64,000 bases of DNA, from assembly GCF_009914755.1 (NCBI RefSeq), contig NC_060942.1; one strand, given 5' to 3'. The position numbers and the translations under genes are program-made. The notes below the pieces were generated by a model that searched no databases, was not told the DNA's origin, and saw only the letters and a program-made list of their open reading frames with translations. The stretch comes from the human T2T-CHM13v2.0 reference genome, Homo sapiens. The stretch's first letter is position 1. Each line of letters begins with the position of its first letter. Shown piece by piece: positions 29,536-42,097 of this stretch.

Positions 29536-30469
29536 AAAAGTAAAAGTAATCTCCATCATTATCATATTTGCTACTGTTATCACCGTTAAAAAAAAAAAAG
29601 AAAAGAAAAATCCTTGCCCTTGTTCAAGTTTCTCAAAAATGCAACTTTTATTTAGCCCAAATTCTAAAACATTAAATAGTGGGATTATAAAACTTAACAA
29701 AAGCAAAGGTGAGGGAAGTTATTCTTTGTGAAGGGATATCAGATCTTAAAGGTGAAATTGAAAATCATTAGGTGAATAGCACATTTTTCTTTTTCAAAAT
29801 GAAATGCTATTTCTCACTTCTTGAGAATTATAAAATGCTACTTCGATCTTGCCATTTCTCGTTCTCCTGTCTTTATTTACATTGTCAGATGAACTTGTTT
29901 TTCATTAATGAATCAGGCAAGATGAGGATGCCCATTATTTGGGCAGATGCCTGCAAACATCCATGCGAGGTGGGAGGAGAGTACCAGTATATCATACGGA
30001 ATCAAGAGTTATTTATTTGTTCTAGAGAAACCATTATTCTCAAGTATAAAATATTTTTGATATCACAAAATCTGCTGAATTACAAGAGGATTCTGGAGCA
30101 CCATATTCAGACGTTTTAGCTGTGCAGAAAAGAAAAGCTTCATGGGGTAATGGTGATTATTTTGTTTTGTATTTTTTTTTCTAAAATAATGGAAGATTCA
30201 ATCATTCCTGCCAATTCAAGTTCAACCTGATTCAAACAAGGAAAGTAGGAAAGAGGCCAAAGTTTGGCTGTAGATTCAACTACCTTATCAGGGAATAAAT
30301 TATCTGTGGTTGGAAGAACAAAAATGGAGCTTGGAGGCAGTGAGTGATCTTGGAGTTCTACTACTTACATAATCATATATAGGTATACATATAGATATAT
30401 AGATGTATATTTTCTCACCTACATTATTTGAGAACGAGGATTGTGGATTAATCTTTTTATTTTTCACCT

Positions 30470-31100
30470 TACCTAATTCCTCACCCCAGGTGATTTCATC
30501 CATACCCATGACTTTAAATGCCAGTTGAGCATTTAAAAGTATAACTTCCAAATTTGTATCTCAAGAAACTCACTTCATTGAACTCCGTGCTAGTGAAGGT
30601 AACTGTCTGACATTTGGATATTTAACAAGAATCTCAAAACTAACATGTCCAAAAGGGAATTATTGATTTTCCTCTGAAAACCTGCTTCACACAACATTTT
30701 CCAATTCTGTGCTTGGAACCACTACCCAATTACTGAAGCCCCAGATGCAGATGTCATCCTCAATTCTGTCTTTTCTCTTGTATCACCACCCTCTCATTTA
30801 GTTCAGCAGCAACTTCTATTGGCTGTATCTCCAAATTATTACCTGCATCCATCCACTGTTTTCCGTGTTCACCACTGCCGCCTTTATCCAGGTACCGTGG
30901 TTTTTTGCCTCTTCTACTGAAGCAGCATAACTGGTCTCCCTAATTTCATTCTTAACCTGCTACGACTTATTCCAAACATTTACTTAAAATGTAAAGCAAA
31001 CAATGTCATTGTGCTTCTTTTTGATGGCACAGAGGAAAGAAAATCCAAACTCATTGCTATCACCTACAACCCCCCACATAATCTAACCTTGACCATCTCT
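30470..31100 (+). mobile_element. L2 fragment
   Basis: L2 motifs catccatacccatgactttaaatgcc, atctcaaaactaacatgtccaaaa, taactggtctccct. Confidence 0.8.
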
Positions 31101-31179
31101 CCGGGGCCTAACATCAGCAAGTCAGACCACAGAGGTAGGCTTGCAAGACAGGTTGGTGGGGGAGTCAACACAGTTTTTA

Positions 31180-32155
31180 AAAACAGTTGAATGGCATTTA
31201 AAAGGATTATTCTGAATTCCTTGTTGGACATATCACAGATCTTTAATTCCAAGTCCATTATTGGAGCTTTGTTGGTTTCTTTAGGCAGTGTCATATTTCC
31301 CTGAGTTTTCATAATTTTTGTGTCTTTACATTGATACCTGTGCATTTAAGGAGACAGCCACCCCTTCCAGCTTTTGCAGGTGTTCTTTGGTGGTTTTAGA
31401 TATCTACTACTTAAAATCAGAACTTAATTATTGGTCTGCTGTGGCTTCCTTTTCTGGGGAGGGCTTATGGTGAGCACCAGGACTAAAACACTGCACAGGA
31501 ACTAATTGCCCTGTCTGGGGAAGACTTAAACAAACAGTGGAACTTAATTACTGACCTTTCAGTTGTTTCCCAGTCAGGGGAAGGCTGCACTCAAGCAGCT
31601 GGGTTTTGTGAAAATCCAGCCAGGGGTCTGGCCTTCCTGTTTATTGTGCCCTCTGCAACCCTGTGGCACCAGCCAGTCTCCTCAGCATGGTATCTCTGCT
31701 GATCAGACTGTAGAGCAGCTGCCAAGGTATCCATGCCAGTTACTGCAATCACCACCCCTGCTTTTAATCCCCCAATTTACCCCAGGTGCTTCAGCACTTC
31801 TGGTGCTTCCAATGATTCCCATGGGACGGGACCAGAGTGGGCTTCCCAGGAAGATTCCCTGACTGGTGGAGAGATCAAATGTCTACCTCCAATTCCCTCC
31901 TTCCACCTCAGAAATCTTGGGTCTAGGAGATTCTCTGGGAGTGTAGTTCTGACGGCTTGAGGGAGGTGTGGTGCAGTCTCAAATGGCGGCTTCTCTTACT
32001 GCTGGCAACTTCGCTCAATTGTGTGCCCAGTGGGTGTCTCCACTTCTCCAGGTTCTGGTGAATTCAGGATGGTATTTTTGTCTTTGAATAGTTTCTGGTT
32101 GCATTTCTATAGTGGGGGTGAAGCTAGGGGAACTTCTGTGATCTTCCTGAGGTCA
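31180..32155 (-). mobile_element. L1M 5' UTR and start of ORF1 (3'-deleted)
   Basis: Minus ORF MKTQGNMTLPKETNKAP...MSNKEFRIILL is an L1 ORF1 N-terminus; 5' start resembles tgacctcaggaagat. Confidence 0.8.
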
Positions 32156-32909
32156 CTTCAAAGTGCCTTCAGTGAGGGAGAATGTGCTTAGGCAGAGCAA
32201 CTCTCTCTCCTTACTCATTCTCAGCTGTATTTCTAAGACTCGGTGATTTTCACCTACAACACAACTTTGAAAGAAAAAGAATTCTAAGAGGGTATGAATG
32301 AAAAAAGCCAGCCGCCCAAATTGTAGTTCTTCTCTAGCAGAGAGCTTAGGATCAGGAGACAAACTATCCTGGAACTAAGCAACCATCTTGGGACCCTACA
32401 GGATGCACCCCATCACTCCTTCAACTCAGATTGTTATACCCAACCGGTGACCATTCCACACTAAAACTCACCTCAGGCAAGGACTGTCTGAAAATAACCT
32501 GACTCAGTATTTCATTTCTCTGCAGGGTCACTCTTACCTTTATGAATCAATGTGTATTACACTGAAAGTTCACTATAGCAGCACCTTGGGAGCTCTTGCT
32601 AATATTAGCTATAAATCCTATAGCTCTTAATCACATTCTTCAGATAATTTATTACCTGAACCATTCTGAATATGATTTAAAACAAATATGTTTCCATCAA
32701 ACCCAGACCATTTGTGGAAAGCTTTTGGATGTGCCTTCAGTGTGCATTTATTCATAGTTGTTGGTGTGTTGCTTCTCAGGTGTTCCAATGATAGTTTTAA
32801 TTTTTCAGGGGCTCCTCTGTGACTTTTCCCTGTATAGTCCTCTGCAGCATCACTGATTATCATTCTCAAAGGCACAAAAAATATCAAACATCCTTCTTAA
32901 AATAAAGAA

Positions 32910-33273
32910 TGTGTTAATCTTGAAGACTGCCATAACAAAAATACTACAGACTGAGGGGCTTAAATAACTGAAATTTACCTTTCAGTCATGGAGACTAGAA
33001 GTCCAAGATCATGCCAGTAGGGCTGATTTCCAGTGAGGTTTTGCTTCCTGATGTGCAGACGGCTGCCTTATCACTGTGTTATTACATGGTCTCTTCTCTG
33101 TGTACACACAGAGAGAGAGAGCTCTCTGGCATTTCTTCCTCTTCTTATAAGGACACTAGTGACTTCACTTAACACTAATCACCTCCTCAGAGGCCCTGTC
33201 TCCAAATATAGTCACCCCTATAGGGGTTAGAGTTCCAACATATGATTTTGGCAGACACAGTTTTGTCCATAAC
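32910..33273 (-). mobile_element. MLT1A-like MaLR LTR
   Basis: ctgccataacaaaaatactacagactg...gaagtccaagatc...tcttataaggacact...ctccaaatatagtcac. Confidence 0.88.
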
Positions 33274-34604
33274 TCAGAGATTTCGCAATATCAAGAAAAG
33301 TGTCCAAACAGAAATGTCCAGTTAACACCAAATAATCCAATACGGTTGAGCTAGAACTAACAATGGTGTTACCAATTGATACTAGTGGGCATGAAAATCG
33401 AGCAGTTTTGTAAATCTAGTTAATGCCAGTCAGAGCACAAGTCACAAGTCAGCTTTAAATAAAATAATATGTTTTTAAAACCAAAATCAACTCTGATCAT
33501 AATTAGGTATAAATTAAGTTCACAAGAAGACGAAGTTTTGGTTTTGTTTTCCCAGAGAAAAGGAGGTCATTTAATTCACTGTAGGAGTAATTTACTAAAT
33601 AGTACTCCAGCATCTTACTAATTAAAGAGTAACTCTGGTGACATATTTAAGTGCACAGAGCCCAAAATGTCTCATAAGTCAACAATACTACATAAACAAC
33701 ACTGCTTTGTGCTGAATTAGGAATGCTTAACATTGAAAAAGTTCAAACTCTCTAGAATACATGCTGTGTAACCTGCACTCCATTCCAAGTATCTTGAGCA
33801 AGGGAAGCTAGCTGGATTACATTTTTTCTTTGTTAATTCTGTACTATCAAGTTTACTTGACAATATCTAAAACAATGTCACTGAATTTGTGAAAGCACTA
33901 GAGATTTACCAAGCCATATCTCTTTAATTGGAGTCAAATGGCTGTTTCTTTCACACTAAGAATTGCCCACCTAAATTCTGTCACCTCATTTCCTTAGCTA
34001 ATGAGAACAGTGTGTCACAGTAGATGGACTTTATCTGAAAATTAAAGCAGCAAATGTAACTGAGCCTTCTTTCCTAGAAAGGGTTGCTTTGAAAGCCCAA
34101 AGGACTGAAGTCCACTGATTAAAAATGAGGTCATTTATGTTTCACTAGGATTTCCAGCATATATATTCTTGCATATACAAATGGTGAGATCAATACATAA
34201 AGTTAGTCATAATTGAGGAGGCTGTTCACTTGTTATGTAACTCTACTTTCATTCTCAAGTTAATGTTATAGCTGAAAACTGGAATGTCTAAAAATGGTTA
34301 CTAAAATAACCCAAGCATCAGACAAGGATTTGGAGCTGAAGCGGGTATAGGGTATTTGCTTTTAAAACAGAATATTGAGATGTTCTAAAAACTATATGAA
34401 GACAGACATTTTTCAGTCGGGAGTTTGTGGAGGTTCCCTGGAATATTTTGAAAGTAAAATTAGGCCTTAAGTGTCTGTGAAATTATGAACTTTTCCACAC
34501 ATTAATTTACATGAGGCTAAATACATTTCTGAATCTAAATCACGCTCTGTTGCCCTCTGGATTATATTGCCGACTTTGCCTTACAGCAAAGCATTTCAAC
34601 AGCC

Positions 34605-35005
34605 ACCATCACAAATATGGAGGCCTCTTATGTGCCAAGCAGTGCTCTAGGTGTTGGAGTTGACAATCTAATGAAGAAAACAGACAGTAACTAAGTAAAA
34701 AGTAGACTAAACCATTTCAGAGAGTGATTCATGCAATGGAAAAATATAAGAGAGAAGTGAGTTAACAAGTGATGGAGTAGGAGGACAATGCTATGAATCT
34801 GGTGAGCGGGAAAGCCCTCCCTGAGCATAGGGCATTGAAGCTGAGAAAATATGAGGCAAGAGAACTCCAGGCTGCTGAAAAGTCCTGAAGTGAATACGAC
34901 ATGGCATTTTTCAGAAACAGCAAGAAGGCTAGTGTGGTGGCTGGAGCTCAGAGTACCAGGGAAGAATGGTGGGGAAAGGTGGAAGTTAGGGAGCAATTTC
35001 AATGA
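34605..35005 (-). mobile_element. L2 3' fragment
   Basis: tatgtgccaagcagtgctctaggtgttggag; aacagcaagaaggctagtgtggtggctggag. Confidence 0.75.
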
Positions 35006-35169
35006 CTATGAATGACCCAGTCCTAATGTTTACAAGTAAGAAGGACACTAGTGAATGATATAATTTCTGATTCCCTATCTAGAAATAGGAAGGAGCAAAA
35101 ATGGAGCTTCAAAGGCACTAGAATAGACCACCCTCGTGTGCTGCTCTAATATTATTTTTCTTTCTAGAG

Positions 35170-35418
35170 CAGGGGTCAACAAACTTTTTATTTTTAAAGC
35201 ACGGGCCATTAAAAGCCCAAGCAAAAAATATTTTAGGCTTTGCAGACCATAAAGTCTCTGTTGCAACTATTTAACCCTGCTGTTTTAACACAAAGACAGC
35301 CAGTGATGATACATGAATGAATGAGGGTGATTGTGTTTGTGTTCCAATAAAACTTTACTTACGAAAAACAGGCAGCAGGCTGGATTTTCCCTCCTGGCCA
35401 CAGTTTGCTGACTTCCTA
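35170..35418. mobile_element. MER58A (hAT-Charlie) DNA transposon
   Basis: TIR caggggtcaacaaac / gtttgctgacttccta; hAT-type 8-bp TSD ttctagag/ctcttgag; ttccaataaaacttta. Confidence 0.9.
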
Positions 35419-36275
35419 CTCTTGAGTCCCTAAAGAATTATGTATCTGTGTAGTTTTCCTCTGTATCAAAAATAGTATAATTCTAATGTAGTGTCTCTTT
35501 AAGAACACTTGACTAGGTTACCCTTGTCCTACCCAAGTGCTATGCTAACTGGAAAAGAAAAAAAACTCTTTGAAAGATTTGAGTTCCAAGCATTTAACAC
35601 TTAAATTAATTTGCACATCCTCAGCTGATATACATTGTGTCAAGGAGGGTCCCACACTATGTTCTCATTATCTCACTTTCCCCATCATTCATACTTATTG
35701 CGCCTTGGTAATTTTACCCTTCATTTTAAAAGTCGTGTTACATTTTAATAGTCGATAGACCATTAATACAGCACATACATCTTCCTGAAGCCTAGACAAG
35801 GAGCTTAATGAAGCTACAGGATACAAAATAATTACCAGTAGAATATATTTTTCCTAAGTCTATTATGGCATTATCAACAATTTAATGGAAGCATATTTCC
35901 ATATGAGCTACATGTTGGGGAGGTATTAATAAAGTTATAGTGTTTAAATAATTCATCACATCAGGGAAGGATTTTATATTTGCCACAGTCAAAATACACA
36001 GAAAGGGATGAAATCTCATTTTAGAAAATAATGATTGAGTCTTAAGCTATGAATATAGAAAACTGAATCACTCCATGTACAAGTGTTAGGTCAGAATACA
36101 TTTACCAAGTGCTGATGTTTCTGGCTCCAAAATGCCATTTCTGTTTACCCTCTTGTTCTAATTTACACAGCCCCTAACTTAGATCAGGCCCTCATCTCTA
36201 TATGCTTGGTTTACAAATGCCTCTTGGTTTATCTCTGGGTCTCTTCTAATTTAGCCCATATAACCCATAATCCCC

Positions 36276-37087
36276 CGTGTTAAACTGTTCTTGCATTGCT
36301 ATAAAGGAATACCCAAGAGTGGGTAAATGATTAAAAAAAGAGGTTTAATTGGCATATGGTTCTGCAGGCTGTACAAGCTTGGAGCTGTCATGTATTCAGC
36401 TTCTGGAGAGGCCTCTGGGAGTGTTTACTGATGGCAGAAGGTGAAGAAGGAGCAGGCAGTACATGGCAAGAGCAGGAGCAAGATAGAGAGTGGGTGGAAG
36501 TGCCACTCACTTTAAACAACCAGGTCTCTCTCATGAGAACTCACTCTCTATCATGAGGACAGCACCAGAGGATGGTGCTAAACCATTCATGGAAATCTGC
36601 TTGCTGCCATGATCCAGTCACCTCCCACTAGCCCCTACCTCCAATATGGTGATATGGTTTGCTTGTGTCACCACCCAGATCTCATCTTGAATTGTAGTTC
36701 CCATAATCCCCAGGTGTCATAAGAGGGACCCAGTGGGGGGTAACTGAATCATGGGCCAGGTTTTTCCCCTGTGCTGATCTTGTGAAAGTGAGTGAGTTTT
36801 CACGAGATCTGATGGTTTTGTAAGGGGCTTTTCCCCCTTTTGCTCAGCACTTCTCCTTGCCTGCCACCATGTAAGACATGCCTTTGCTTCTCCTTCACCT
36901 TCTACCATGATTATGAGGCCTCCCTAGCCATGTGGACATGTGAGTCCATTAAACCTTTTTTTTTGTCTTTTTAAATAAATTACCCAGTCTCAGGTATGTC
37001 CTTTTAGCATCATGAAAACAGGCTAATATAATTAGGGATGACATTTCAACATGAGATTTAGAGACGATAGATATCTAAATTATAACA
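36276..37087 (-). mobile_element. MSTA/B-like LTR split by a THE1 insertion
   Basis: Antisense MST 36276-36649 resumes at 37031-37087 (gggatgacatttcaacatgagattt); TSD tcccc/tccct. Confidence 0.9.
36650..37030 (+). mobile_element. THE1C-like solo LTR nested in MST
   Basis: tgatatggtttgcttgtgtcaccacccagatctc...ggctaatata. Confidence 0.93.
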
Positions 37088-37599
37088 TCCCTAGAACAAT
37101 CTTTAACTAATATTTTCATCATAATACAACTTTGCTTAAAAATGTAAGGGTAGCTTGGAAATCTTCCCAAGAAGGTAACCATTTCTTATCGATTCTTTAC
37201 CCTTTACGCTGGATCTGGCTTTGTACTATCTCAATGAAGCAAAATTCACCCAGCACAGCTAAATTGCTTCCCTATGCTAATCTGCTCAGTGAGACCCTTC
37301 CACAGTCTCTAATGAGCAAATCCGTCCTTGATCTTCCAGTGGTGAAGCCTTTCCAACCCTCCCTGCAAGCAATAAGTCACTTCCTCTTTTATCCTGCATA
37401 ATGTAAGTAATACTTCCTGGTTCACAATTATCACACTGTATTATAATTGCATGCTTATTCATCTGTCTGTCCCCAAATCAACTGTTCGTTCTTGAGTGGT
37501 GTGATTACAAATAAAACTTCAGTTGTGCCAAGTTTTGGTGTTTAATTTCACTACCTTGAAGATACGAACTGCTTCTTCTAATCCAATGAGTGCTATTTC

Positions 37600-37730
37600 C
37601 AGAATTAAACTTCATTAGATATACCCTCTAGATATTCTAACTCAATAGGTCTGAAGACAGGGCCAAGAATCCATCCTTTGGATTTTGGGCAGGTGGTCCA
37701 CAGACAACTGTCTGAGAAACCCTTTACTAA
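37600..37730. mobile_element. MER5-like DNA transposon fragment
   Basis: ttctaactcaataggtctg...gggccaagaatc; ggtggtccacagacaactgtctgagaaac. Confidence 0.6.
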
Positions 37731-38436
37731 AGCACTTGGTATTGCCACATGATAAGCCTAGAACTTTAGTACATTGTTATAGAGTTAGAGGCATGTTGAC
37801 CCTTTAATATGTTAACTTCAGGCATGAGTATATGAAATGACATAAAATTTTGACTTTGATTTTACTACTGAGCTGTCTTTTTAAATAGCATTTATTATTA
37901 CTGAAATCATATTGGTTGAGGTACATTCTGTGAAATAATACATAGGAAACGAGAAGTAGAAGAGGGCAATATTTGAAGAAATGCAATACCTCAGTGGATG
38001 ACATTTGACTAATTCTAATGGGTTGACTCTGATTTTTTAGGAAACACTTTTGATTATATTTTCTGTTTGATTCAAAGACCTCCTAAGCTATGAGTGCTCC
38101 AAATGGGCCCAAGGTTTTATATAGTTTTTAGTTAGAGTCCCTACAAAGGAGTTTTGATCTGGCTATTTGCTCCTCATGATAATGCAACATTATTTTTTCT
38201 ACCATAGTTTGTTGACATGCACTACGGCCAACTCAATACAGCAACTTCTAGAAAGAAACTTGATTCCACCACTGGGAACTGTGGTCTCAAACCTTCATGC
38301 CCTGTGAACAGCTCAACTTCTTCGAACTGCCAACATATTCACCAACAGAAACCAGGATCTTCCAAAGGGAGTCCATGTCTTTCTATCTAGATCTAACTAA
38401 AGGACCAATTCACCGAAAAAGTAATAATCTACTTTA

Positions 38437-38660
38437 CACATGGTGACTATAGTTAATATCAATACATTGTGTACTTGAAACTTGCTGCAAGAGTAACCTG
38501 ACAGGTTCTCACTACAAAAAAATGATAGGTATGTGAGATGATAAATATGTTAATTAGCTTGACTTAACCATTTCACAATGTATACATATCAAAACATCAC
38601 TTTATAGTCTATACATATGTACTATTTTCATTTGTAAATTGTACTGAATAAAACAAAAAA
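38437..38660 (+). mobile_element. L1MA8/9-like 3' tail
   Basis: catggtgactatagttaat...atgttaattagcttgac...catttcacaatgtatacatatcaaaacatcac. Confidence 0.85.
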
Positions 38661-38663
38661 TGT

Positions 38664-38973
<310 letters not shown>

Positions 38974-39749
38974 TCATTATGAAATTTGTAAAAATAATAT
39001 ACCTTTTGTTTTAAGGGGAAAAATCAAGATTTTAAACTATAAAATAGTTTCTGAAACTTATACCTAGTAGATGACACTGATGCTTCACAACTATCAAACT
39101 TAATATATTTACTGGTTCAGAGGAAAATTAGAAAAATAAAGCCCCCAAGAGAGGCATCAGTTGCTTCCTAGTCACAATATCACATCTAGAACAGATCACA
39201 ACCCAAATCAAAAATGAAGTCCCTGCTATCCCTGTAAGAGCCAAGTCACATTACCACTTCTATAATTCCGCCTCTACTACTTATCTTAAGCACTGTTGGA
39301 ATTGTTCTGAGAACAATCGGCCTTAATTAGATCACTAGTACTCAGTGTTGAAGTCTCTGGTCAGCACTAATTGTTACAAATTTAATTATAAGACAGAGAG
39401 TACAAGTTGTAATTCAGACCCCTGGAGCTCTCTGTCCCTGGAATCTCGGAAGATGTCTTCTTCCCTGAGTTTAACTTTAGGTGTGAGTAACCCTCAATGA
39501 TTCCCCTTTCGGGCAGACTGTTCCAGGATCACAGATTAAATCATGTCTTAGGCTGAATGTAACAAAGATGTCCAAAAAGAAAATTGCCTATGGCATAGAA
39601 AATATTCAGAAACCAATGGTGGTCTATTTATAAAAGATTAGTGTATAGGGAAATTGCACAATTCTATGGTAGAATAAAAATAACTAGAAGATATCATTAT
39701 TCTTAGTATTTCATTATATCCCCATCTTATTCCAAGCCTGATTTAAAAT

Positions 39750-39945
39750 AACCAGGCACTGACACCTGGTGAGTGCTTGCACTGGGTCTTGGTACCTTTC
39801 ATGTTATCTCACTTATCCTAACAACCTGTTATGTCGTGTAATAACAATAACATCAAGGCTGCCTGAGATTACATTGAATATTACACAGCAGCAATGTCAG
39901 TATTGAAACTCACAGCTGTTGGAATGTGATCCATTACCCCACAAT
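39750..39945 (-). mobile_element. MIR fragment
   Basis: atgttatctcacttatcctaacaacctg; cacagcagcaatgtcagtattgaaactca. Confidence 0.5.
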
Positions 39946-41214
39946 GCATTCAGTTTACTGGGAAACTCATTGCATGAGAAACTTGGGTACGTCTATTTCT
40001 GCTGGTCTGAAGCTGATTTAGGTAGCAGAAACACAAGATAAGGGACCAAAATGACTTGTTATGAATCTACTCTGGCAATGATGCAAGTGGAATCTACTCT
40101 AACAATGATGCAATCACTCAAAACATTTTGAATTTGTGTGTGTGTGTGTATGTATGCGTGCATACAAGTGCTTTTACAGGCAATGAACAAGCCACAAACT
40201 GAAAAGCCAATCTTACTACTTTACTGTCAAAACTTAAACTTTTTCCTTGTTTTAGTGCCAAGCAAGACAATTCAACTGGAACATATATTTTCTCCCCTAG
40301 AAGTTGTCTCTAAATTATTTCTAACTATTTCCACATATTCAAAAGAAAGTACCACAGGCTAGGATGGTAATTGCAAGAAGAAACTCAGAAAATAATTCAA
40401 ACAATAACAATATCAGTTGAATAAGTAATTAGCATTCTAGTATGACTAATTTGAAGGATGATACTTTTTAAAATATAAAAGTTCTGTTGTATTGGAGGTT
40501 TTTGAAAATATATTATGTTTAATAATACTGTTCTATTGATTCTATGAGTTTAATAAAATTTTAATTCAAATGCAAAGAATACTATGTCTAAAGTCTGATA
40601 AAATAATAGTACAATTGTAAAGATGACTAGAGAGAGGTTTTTTACTATAACAAGCGTTATCCTGGGTTTTGCCTTTGAAATATTTGCTTTTATGACTAAT
40701 AAATCTTGACTATCATTTAATGAAAAGCAAGTATCTGCTACTGGTAGACCATAAATAACTAAGTATGTATTTATGCCATATTTGCAATTTTTGATTCTAA
40801 TCATAAAATAATTTAGGTAAAATTGTTGTAAGGAACATGGAGAAAAGGAGGAAACTGAGATGCATATTCTGGTGCAGAATTTGCTCCCATAAATACACAC
40901 CCTCTTCTGATTCCCTAAGAAAGTCAGTCATAATGAATCATAGATTTTTTTTTCACCTAGTCCAGGTAGCCTCACAATTATTTTCAACATAGCACCCCCA
41001 GCTTGCACTGTTAATAGATTAAAGTTGGTGCTAAAGAAGAAGCTCACTTTCTATCTCAAGAAATGGCACAAGGTTGTCATTTGCCATAGGGAAGAAATGG
41101 ACATCCCGAGGTAATTCAGGTTATCAGTTTGCACTCCCTCCACCAACACTACATGTGAACCAATTTAGAGAGACATTGCATCCTATTCTTAGAGGAAGGG
41201 CTAGAGAAGAGCAC

Positions 41215-41355
41215 CAGCATTTATTGAATAATTATTACCTTTAGTCATTAGAAAAACTCTTGGAGCTAGAGATTTCTTTTCTGTATTTCAGATGTGAGGA
41301 AAATGAGGTGCCAAGATTTTAAGTAACTTCTCTTAGGTCACAGAGCTGGTGACTA
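41215..41355 (-). mobile_element. MIR fragment
   Basis: ttcagatgtgaggaaaatgaggtgcc...taagtaacttctcttaggtcacagagctggt matches the antisense MIR core. Confidence 0.75.
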
Positions 41356-41807
41356 GTATGAATATATACAGTGATTTTTCCTCAACTAAATGGTATGTCA
41401 TTGTAATCTGCAAATATAAAAGCTATTGATGTATGTCTATTAATTTTATACTCATCCATCTTACTGGATTTTATTACAGTTTTATATTTTTTCTTGATTA
41501 GTTTTAGGTTTTCTATGTCTACAATAATAGCAGTTCACATAATGATAATTTTGCCTTACTCTTTCCAAATTTTATGTCTCTAATTTCTGTCTTTTGTCTA
41601 ATTGCCATTGGCTTGTTTCTCTGAACAGTGTTAAATAACAGCACTGACAGTACATATCCTTGCCTTGTCCCAAGAGATTATAAAGAAACATTGTTGCTTC
41701 CCTCATCAAAGTTGATGTCGGCTTGGAGGTTGAGACAGATTTTAAAAATCAATTTAAGAATATTTTATTTAAAGTAAATAATATTTTAATCCAGAATGTA
41801 CACTGAC

Positions 41808-42097
41808 TTTTTAACAGTCTTATTGAGGTATAATTCATGTACCATGCAATCAACCCATTTGAAGAATACGATTTTAGAATATCCAGAGTCATGCAACCAT
41901 CACCACAATCTAAATTCAGAATGTTTTTATCACCCCAAAAGGAAACTCCAGACCCATTACTTTCCTCACTCCTCATCCTACCCTCCTACCCTAGGCAACC
42001 ATTGATCTACTTTTGTTTCACTAGATCTACCTGTTCTGGATATTTCATATGGACACAATCAGACAATATGTGGTCTATGGCAACTGGCTTACCTTTA
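41808..42097 (-). mobile_element. L1MB 3' end fragment
   Basis: ttattgaggtataattcatgtaccat...gcaaccatcaccacaatctaaattcagaatgtttttatcacccca. Confidence 0.85.

Noticed and set aside
29772-30119. 115-aa ORF in non-repeat sequence
   Set aside because: GTG start, AT-rich composition, no recognisable motif and no convincing splice sites
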